This document shows, in pieces, positions 56,225 through 64,000 of a stretch of 64,000 nt of DNA. Position 1 is the stretch's first letter. The number at the start of each line of letters is the position of its first letter. Made by a program: the position numbers and the translations under genes. The notes beneath the pieces are model-generated. The model did no database searches. It was not told the origin of the DNA and was given only the letters and a program-made list of their open reading frames with translations. This DNA is from Lama guanicoe (Eukaryota): positions 1,063,320 to 1,127,319 of the forward strand of contig MU053810.1 in NCBI GenBank assembly GCA_013239625.1, in the 5' to 3' direction.

Positions 56225-59200
56225 AAACACTGTTAATGTGTTGTTTTCAAATTATCCATCCATTCACTGCATCCCCTTCAAATTTCTTTATTCTCCTTTT
56301 CTTCCTTTTCGACATTCTCCTCCACCACCTTGCCCCTTTTCCTCTTTCTCCAGTCTTTGCTCTTTATCATCATTTTGGTCTTTCCTTTCAGGCTTTAATA
56401 ACTCCCACCTTTCCCCTGTTTTGTAGTCCACAAATAAATTGAATGCTCACTGCCTACAAGAGCCCATTCTTCCTTTTTCCTTTCAATGATATAAGGGACT
56501 GTTACTAAAGACAACAAAGGAATCCCCCTTTATATTACAGAGAATCTTTTCAAAACCTGTGTGCCTTCACTCCTCTGCGCATAGCTTCATGTCCCCCAGC
56601 TTCTGTGGTTGCTGCTTCAAAGAAAACTACAGGTGTGCCCGCTGGCCGCTCCATCATTGCCTTGGCCAACCTGACCTTGCGGTCAAGGGGACCACAGTAT
56701 CTTGGGTGTACAATGATTTTCTTTTCCTGGGCTGACTTTTTCACCCTGGTTTTCTGAGCTCTCTTTTGTTTTTGTTTTTGTTCTGTTAAAATGCTTCCAG
56801 TTTTAGCATCATTTATTTTAAACAGTAGCAGCCAGGTTGCCCCAAGTATATGCAATAGCAGGTATGAACGCTGCTTTGTTTTGATCACATTTGACAGATG
56901 GCCATTACATTTTGCAATTTCGGTGGGCAGAATTTCTTTTCACTGCTTCCAACATAAAGCAAAGGATCATTTCAGAAAGTTTCTTTGGCTCATGCAGATA
57001 AGTCAGCCTTCATTCATAATCTGTATTCCTGTAAAGAAAAGGGCAGACCTGAATCTCACTTCTAACTGGGAAAGGGATAAACAGAAATACAGCGACATAT
57101 TATAAGCATAGTAACATAATTGGGTGTTAACTTGTTTGTCTCATCCCCCAACCCATCACTGCCTCCCGTGGACTGCAGGTTCCCTGAGGGATTGCAGGAA
57201 CTCTGATTCCCATTTAGTGCATTTTTTCTAAGGTTTGGTGTATATTAAGTCTCAATAATTATTTGAGTGAATTAGTTGATGATTAGGATCCATATATTTA
57301 TGCTTTATAATTCAAGTCTACAAGGCACAAAATTAAATATGTTTTGAATAGGAATGCTTACAAGTCAGATACTGTTTAATGGATGTGTTCTCCGTGACCG
57401 TGAATCGCGGGGGAGGGGGTGGTCCCTAAGCCTCCATCTTTTCTAGCCGTCCTCTCCCCTTGTCTCTGGTTCCTTCTTCAGCCAAGGGAGGTTTGACATT
57501 TTCTACTTTGTGGTAAGAAATAGCTCTTACGCATCCTGTATCCTGCTCCATGGCTTATAGTAGAACTCCAAGCTCCGTTTTCCAAATTCTATTTTTTTAA
57601 ATTTAAAGGGAAGCTTTTCTCATTTACAAAATGCTTTACTCTCTCAGCTGTCTGGCTGTAGACATTTATGGCCAGGTTTTTAAGACTCACTGTGTCTGAG
57701 TTTTCAAGATCAGTTTTGAACATGACAAAGCTCTTCACATTCCACGATCCCACTTCTCTCCAGGGCAAAGATTGCTTCTGGCTTAGGTTGGTAAAGATCA
57801 TTCATAAGCAAGTGCGAAAGGGGAAAAAAAAGCACGTTAATATATTTCAAAATATTCTCTCACTTCATACACTTAATGAAGCAATAAAGTCTAGAAAGGT
57901 GATGGTGGGGTAGGAATACGTAGGGAAGTTTTCAGTATATAGTTGAGTCTTCAGTAAGGTCTTAACTTGTGTTTTTCATCACGGCAATGTAATGGTAAAA
58001 AAAAAAAAGCTAAGCGAAGTGCTATTCCAAGTGACATTCTACTGCTTTGGGTTTACATGTTAACCGACTAATCTTTGTACCTAAGGATCTAAAGTGAACT
58101 CTGTGGTCTAAAATAAGGGTTACATCTTTATTGTTCACTTAACTGTTTGTTTGTGGGAGAGTAACAGCATTCCATACATCTGGTTCCTTCACCATTTGGA
58201 TGTGAATTAGAAATGCTTGGATCATTGAATCAGGATGTTTGGATCACCTAATTTCTTAGCTTTGTAGCTAATTCAAATTTAAATATGTTTAGCATATTGA
58301 AGATTTGAAAGTGCTGTGTAATGATTCCTCCCATTTTATAATTTCAGAAGATCTCAGAATCCTGTACTCTGAGCTCCATATTTAGTTCACTGTAGCCCAG
58401 GCAATTTTACCATAGTACGTAAATGGGTAAATTGGTTCATAGCTAAGTACCATAAATTTTATGATCATTGTTATCTCATAGGAGAGCCTTTGTTTTACCC
58501 AGTTAATTCATTTTCACTGCTGGAAGCCAAGGAGAACAAAGTTTTGAGTCTGACCCTCAAATCCATTTTGTTTGACTACAGTGAATGCCCATCTATTGGT
58601 TAAATAGGTTTAACATTAAGATTTCTTAGGCGTCTGAGATCATCCCCTCAAGCAAGATTAAGTCTTCCCCCTTTATCGTTCATGTGGGTCGATGCCTAGG
58701 GGAGGACTTAAGCACATTCTAGTTTAGTGGTTTCTCCCTGTGCCCCAGAAGCTTTAGAGAAGTTTTCCAAAGTGTGGATAAAGAACCTCTGAAATGTTGG
58801 TTTGTATATTAATATTCAACATGTAACAAATTTAAATGAAGATTCTGACACTTGGATTAGAATCTTGGGAATAGAGCTGGGGATCTGTATTTTTACTGTA
58901 CTTCCTAGCTGGTTCTCGAACGTCATTCTCAGGAGCCCTCCATGGCAGGAAGTGGGGAAGGTATTGCAAAAAGTCAGAAGGGGGCTTTCTTAATTTCTAA
59001 TTCCAGTTTTGATCAAAGCAGATTTATTTCTTTGTAAATCTGGTGACTAATTAAAAAAAAACTAGTACAAAATATTTTAGGAAAAAACAAGAAACAAAAA
59101 ATATTCTAAGATGATTTTATTCAAAAATAAAATAAAGTGTTTATGTTATAAAGTATTATAATTGGGAAGTCATTTGGAAGCAAACTCTTTACCCTGCGTC

Positions 59201-61695
59201 AATCCCAAAGGCATGTCATTTCAAGGCACCCTCTTCATCGCCTCATTCATTGTATGGTACCCAACATTTTTTCTCACAATGTTGTGCTTGTGTGTTCTCT
59301 TCCCTACCTCTGATCAAGATGATCCGTCTTTGTTTTGAAGCAAAACCAAACATGCCGATTTCATGTTCATCTGGAAAAGATGGATACTTTTAAATATTTT
59401 GCATCTTATGATTTGCTTTCAGATTATTGAGGAACTGTCGAACTATTATGACCCATCTCATTCAAAATACAGATTAGATGGAACCCAGTTGCTTAAGTGT
59501 GTTGCTTGTTTTTAAAGCAGAAGTACTTTTTCTTAGGTTTTTCTTTTTCTTCCATAAAACCGATAATTGTCTTTCAAGTGGAAATTAGTTACGGTCCCAC
59601 TGTTGCAGATACACCTACATATCTTTATATGCATTTTTACAGGCTTGACATCATTATAAACCAAACGCCACATAAATAATGCAAGCTGTCTCTGTGACAT
59701 AACTGTGCAGATCATAATGTATCTTAAGTGCTAGATATAGATGTGGCTAAAGGCTTCAGGAAAACTGAAACTATTTTAATGTTTTCTGCAGTAACAGTTT
59801 TCAAAGCTTTACTTTCTTAGACATTAAATGCCACAATGACTGCCTTCTCAGAATGGATACTTAATAGGCCAATTTAGATGCCTTAACACTCTCCCAGCGT
59901 AATTTCTAAGATATCCAGTTTTATAAATCTAGAATAATGGTTAAATGCCTGGCTTTAGAAACAGTTTTGCTGAAAGAAAAATGCAAATGGGCAAAATCCA
60001 AATTAACTGTTGTAATTTTAACTGTTCTAATACTTGTGGGAAGTAGCGTTTCTGGCAGCATTTTCACAGAACTAAATATAAAGCATAATTGTACCTCTAT
60101 AACACGAGAAAAATCACTTTCATTTTAGACTGACCTTGAATTAAGCATCTGCTCTTTATGCTTTTATATATAGCAATAGTTAATTTTAACCAAGTGAATT
60201 AAATTGCTTTCATTCTAATTTTATTTCAGTGTATTTTAGCTTCATAATAATTTAAAAAATTAACTACCATTAATTAAAAATTAAAATTAAAAATTTCAAG
60301 TGGCTTGAAAACATGGAATTTAAGAGAAATCTATGTTGAAAATAATACTTGTAAACCATAATTAACATATATACCATGCTTAGGTAGTATATTTACTATG
60401 CAGGGTAACATTTTAAGGATACATTTATAATAATGGTTTATGATTTTATGTTACGTTACCAAAGATCACTATTCAATAAAATAATATGGTTACAGTTGCA
60501 TTCAAAAGTTAAACATTCATTTTTAGTATATAATTTTAAAATACGCTTTTCCTGTAACCACATTAAGATGAAGTAAATTTATTTGTGTTCCAACCCCAAA
60601 TTGAAGTGACAGAAAATCTGGAGGAAAAAATATGATAACTAAGTAAAGATAAATTTTAGGATTGGCTTTCCTGTTTCTGTGAGTAATGCCTTTGGACTTT
60701 TGATGGGGGCTGCAGTGACTCTGTAGATTGCTTTGGGTAGTAAGGGCGTTTTAACAGTACTGATTCTTTCAATCCATAAGCGTGGCTGTGCTCGCCTTGA
60801 GGAGGGTTAGTTGGTTCAAAGTCAAACTACTTCTGTTCCCCGTCAAATATGTTTTTTCAAGGTTTTTGTGATCCAGGGTGGTGCTGCAGCTTCACCCTTG
60901 GTTTTGGGATTCCCACAAGGACATCTTTTCTATGGATATTTAATAGTTGGGTGTTCTCCAAAGGGAACTGGAAAAGAACCATCTCTCCCACCATCTTGTC
61001 GTTACTCCCTCATTTTGTTATTCTCAGAAAAGCCTCCGCTCCTCCAAGTTTACGTAAACTTTACTTACATTTTCTACTGTGCTTAAGTTTTTTCGGTGTT
61101 TTTACAGTTGTGTCTTTAATTCACCTGACAGTTTATTTCAGCGAATGTTATGATTTTAAAAAATTCCTTTTTCTTAATAAGGAATCCGTTTATTTAATGC
61201 TTTTCAGTGCATGCAATCTGGTTTAATTAAAGACCCTTTGTCGCCGAATGATGCATCGCTCTAGGTGAGGGCGTCTCCACGCTGATCCCGGTCTTTTTAT
61301 CAGTCAGACAAAGCTCTGTCCCTGTCATGTGGAGCTAGAGATCTGCTTTTATGTTGTTACTTCATTCAGTTATGTACCCGCTTGCACGTGTGTTCACCCA
61401 GTACTGAATCCATGGGACTGCCTTCATCCAGCCTGTCTTACTAGCCCGCTGTGATCTGGGCATCTCTCCCTTCAGGCACAACCCGTTATCTCCATCTTGG
61501 AGAGTTAACCCTGCCAAGTTCAAGAGCTGAGTTTTCTCTCAGGACTTGAAAACTGAATGAAGCCAAATGTAGGGATTTATCCTCATGAGTATTTAATATG
61601 ACTCACAGCCTAACTCTTCTTTGATGCTTCTCTGACTCTGACTCGGTACCTTGTTTTTGAGGAGTGTTGTCAGCCTTTGGCACCCCATGTTCTTT

Positions 61696-61860
61696 TTCTT
61701 TTTTTTTTTTTAACATTTTTTATTGATTTATAATCATTTTACAATGTTGTGTCAAATTCCAGTGTAGAGCACAATTTTTCAGTATACATGAACATATATA
61801 TATTCATTGTCACATTTTTTTCTCTGTGAGCTACCATAGATCTTGTGTATATTTCCCTGT
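61696..61860 (-). mobile_element. Young L1 3' end with TSD
   Basis: Poly-T + same family sequence; 17-bp TSD GGCACCCCAT(G/T)TTCTTT at 61679-61695 and 61861-61877. Confidence 0.92.
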
Positions 61861-62040
61861 GGCACCCCATTTTCTTTAGGTTTGGGTTTTTTGGTTTTTC
61901 CATCCAGGCTACTACCGACTGGGCAGTAGTGCCCTTGAACCCTGGCCTGTGGTCAGCACTCTCTAATTCCTGCTAAAATCAGTTCTGATTTAGGAACCCA
62001 GGTCTTTGCCTAGAGGCAGCAATGTAAAGCAGTGTTTCAG

Positions 62041-62520
62041 TGCCTGTATTTCCTATAGCTGCTGTAAGGAATTGTCATAAAATTAGTGTCTTTAAGCAAA
62101 AGAAAGAAATTTTCTACCAATTCTGGAAGCTAAAGTCTGAAATCAGTATCCCTGGGCAAAAATCAAGATACTGGCATGGCCACTCCCCCAACAGAGGCTC
62201 TAGAGGAGAATTTGTTCTTTGCTTCTTCTAATTCCTGGTGGCTACCAGTGTTCTTTGGTTGGTGGCCACATCACTCCGCTCTCTGCCTCCATGGTCGCAC
62301 AGCCTCCTCTTCTTTGGTCTGTGCCAAATTTCCCTCTGCCTCACTCCCAGAAAGACACTTGTGACTGCATTTAGGATCCATGCAGATAATCCAGGATAAT
62401 GGCCCAAATCAAGACGGTCAGTTTAATCACATCCACATAGCCTTTGCCATGTAAAGTAACAGATTTTTGCAGTTTCCAGGGATTAGGACCTGCTGTCTTT
62501 GGGGACCATCATTTAGTTTA
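62041..62520 (-). mobile_element. MLT1C-like solo LTR
   Basis: tttcctatagctgctgtaa...ttctggaagctaaagtctgaaatca...aggctctagaggagaat...gataatccaggataat...tccagggattaggac. Confidence 0.85.
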
Positions 62521-62720
62521 AGTTCTGAAGTCAAATAACACTATATTTAACTCTGATCTGGTATTCATTGGCTGTGTAGGTTTAGGTGATTGTGTAAGCT
62601 TTCTGCATTTCAGTTTCTTCATCTGGAAAAAATGTCATAAGAATACATATCTCCTATGGTTATTGTCAACCAGTGATCAAAGTAGATATTTCATAATGCA
62701 ACACATGCTAGCCTTATGCT
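62520..62720 (+). mobile_element. MIR relic
   Basis: ggctgtgta...ttctgcatttcagtttcttcatctggaaaa MIR core. Confidence 0.55.
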
Positions 62721-64000
62721 GTGATAGAAGATTGGGAGGATATATTGGATCAAACTGCAGAGAGCCTGAAGTGCTGTTCTAAGGAGCCTAATGTTGGTGG
62801 AGGGGTGAGGGGTGGGGGAGTTAGGGCACACAGGGGCCATTTCAGATTCTTTGTGCAAATGAGCCAGAAGGTGATAGATGTGCATTGAGCATTAATTCTG
62901 ATATCTGTGTATACAGACAGGATTGAGAAAGAAAGAAAGATAGCTGGAAGTAACAAAATTAGTTGCAGATTATTGAAGGAGTTTTATTGACATGAACTAG
63001 AGAGAAACAGTATTTCTGTAAAGACCTGTATGTCTCCCCTGGACCACAAGTTCAGGAGGGCAGCAGCAATGCCATTTTGCTTATCATGGGTGATGAGTGA
63101 TTGCCTCTCTAGGGTACCCAAGAAATATTTTCTGCTCCCTTTGTGACACATTCCAGCCCCAGTGCACCATGAATTACCATCAAGCATAAGGGGAAGAGGG
63201 TGGGTCTCTAAAATGACACAGAGAAATTCACAAAAATAAAGGATGCTGCTTAGAAAAGATGCAAACAAGTTATCACTCTAGAAAACGTAAAAGTAACTTG
63301 TTTCTGAGTTTGGCATCCTATCTTTGATGGCAGTGGAAAGTAGTGTGAAAAAATATTATGGGCAGAATATGTGTAGGAAATAATGTTATAGATCCCCAAA
63401 GCAATGCCATTATATTAAGGTTTAAGGGCACTGAGTGTTTATATTGAAATTAAGTCAAATGAGAACCTTGGTTAGAAGTTGATAGTGATAGTGTAGAACA
63501 AGTTTTTGTTTTTTTGGCTGCGATCGAGATGCCAGGCAGGAAATAGGATAATTTTAGCTTTTCTAAACATTCCTAGAATGTTTGTCAAGGAAACTATAAC
63601 TGCAGGTGGAGGGTAGGAGTGGTTGAGACGGAAAGAGAGAACCTTCCTTCTGACTTCAGGGTTATAATTTATTTCAGTAACACCCTGTAGCTATCCCCAC
63701 TTTCCAGATACTTAGCATTAACTCCACCAATTGAGTTTTCCACGTATACCCATCTGGGTTTATTATCTTTCTCAGCTAGGTTGTGAGTCTCATTCATTAG
63801 AACCCAGTTGCCTTAATATTTTTGATTTTGTGTCTTTCCTAAATCCTAGCACTAAGAACAGTGCTTTGAAAATGCTTCTTTTGAATTTACTTGATTAAGG
63901 GGCTTTCTGTTTACCTAAATTCATCTCTGACTGTAATCTGCATTCACACTTCTTAGATAATTTTATTCTAATGGAGACATTTCTTCATCTGCACCTGCTT

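Overview
Mammalian intron-rich genomic DNA, most likely camelid (camel/alpaca/llama), judged from tRNA-derived SINEs of the GGGGAGGGTRTAGCTCAGTGGTAGA...CCTGGGTTCAATCCCC type and the young L1 3' ends. The window holds the middle of MALRD1 (MAM and LDL receptor class A domain containing 1; mouse Diet1) on the + strand. Eight GT-AG exons (16-114, 9274-9426, 10316-10421, 10873-11240, 15562-15974, 41696-41783, 52303-52479, 55612-55774; 1567 nt) splice in one open frame encoding LDLa(degenerate)-MAM-LDLa-MAM-Pro linker-LDLa-MAM(start). The rest is intron filled with L1, L2, MIR, SINE, LTR and DNA-transposon relics. I found no evidence of a new biological system. The most notable points are a symmetric 4-Cys LDLa exon that, as I recall it, is missing from the human reference protein, an exon that rebuilds a 5' splice site on ligation, a candidate X-box/TATA internal promoter, two twin-primed L1 inversions, and a 45-bp duplication with a corrected palindrome. 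Repeat family names come from recalled consensus similarity and repeat boundaries are approximate.
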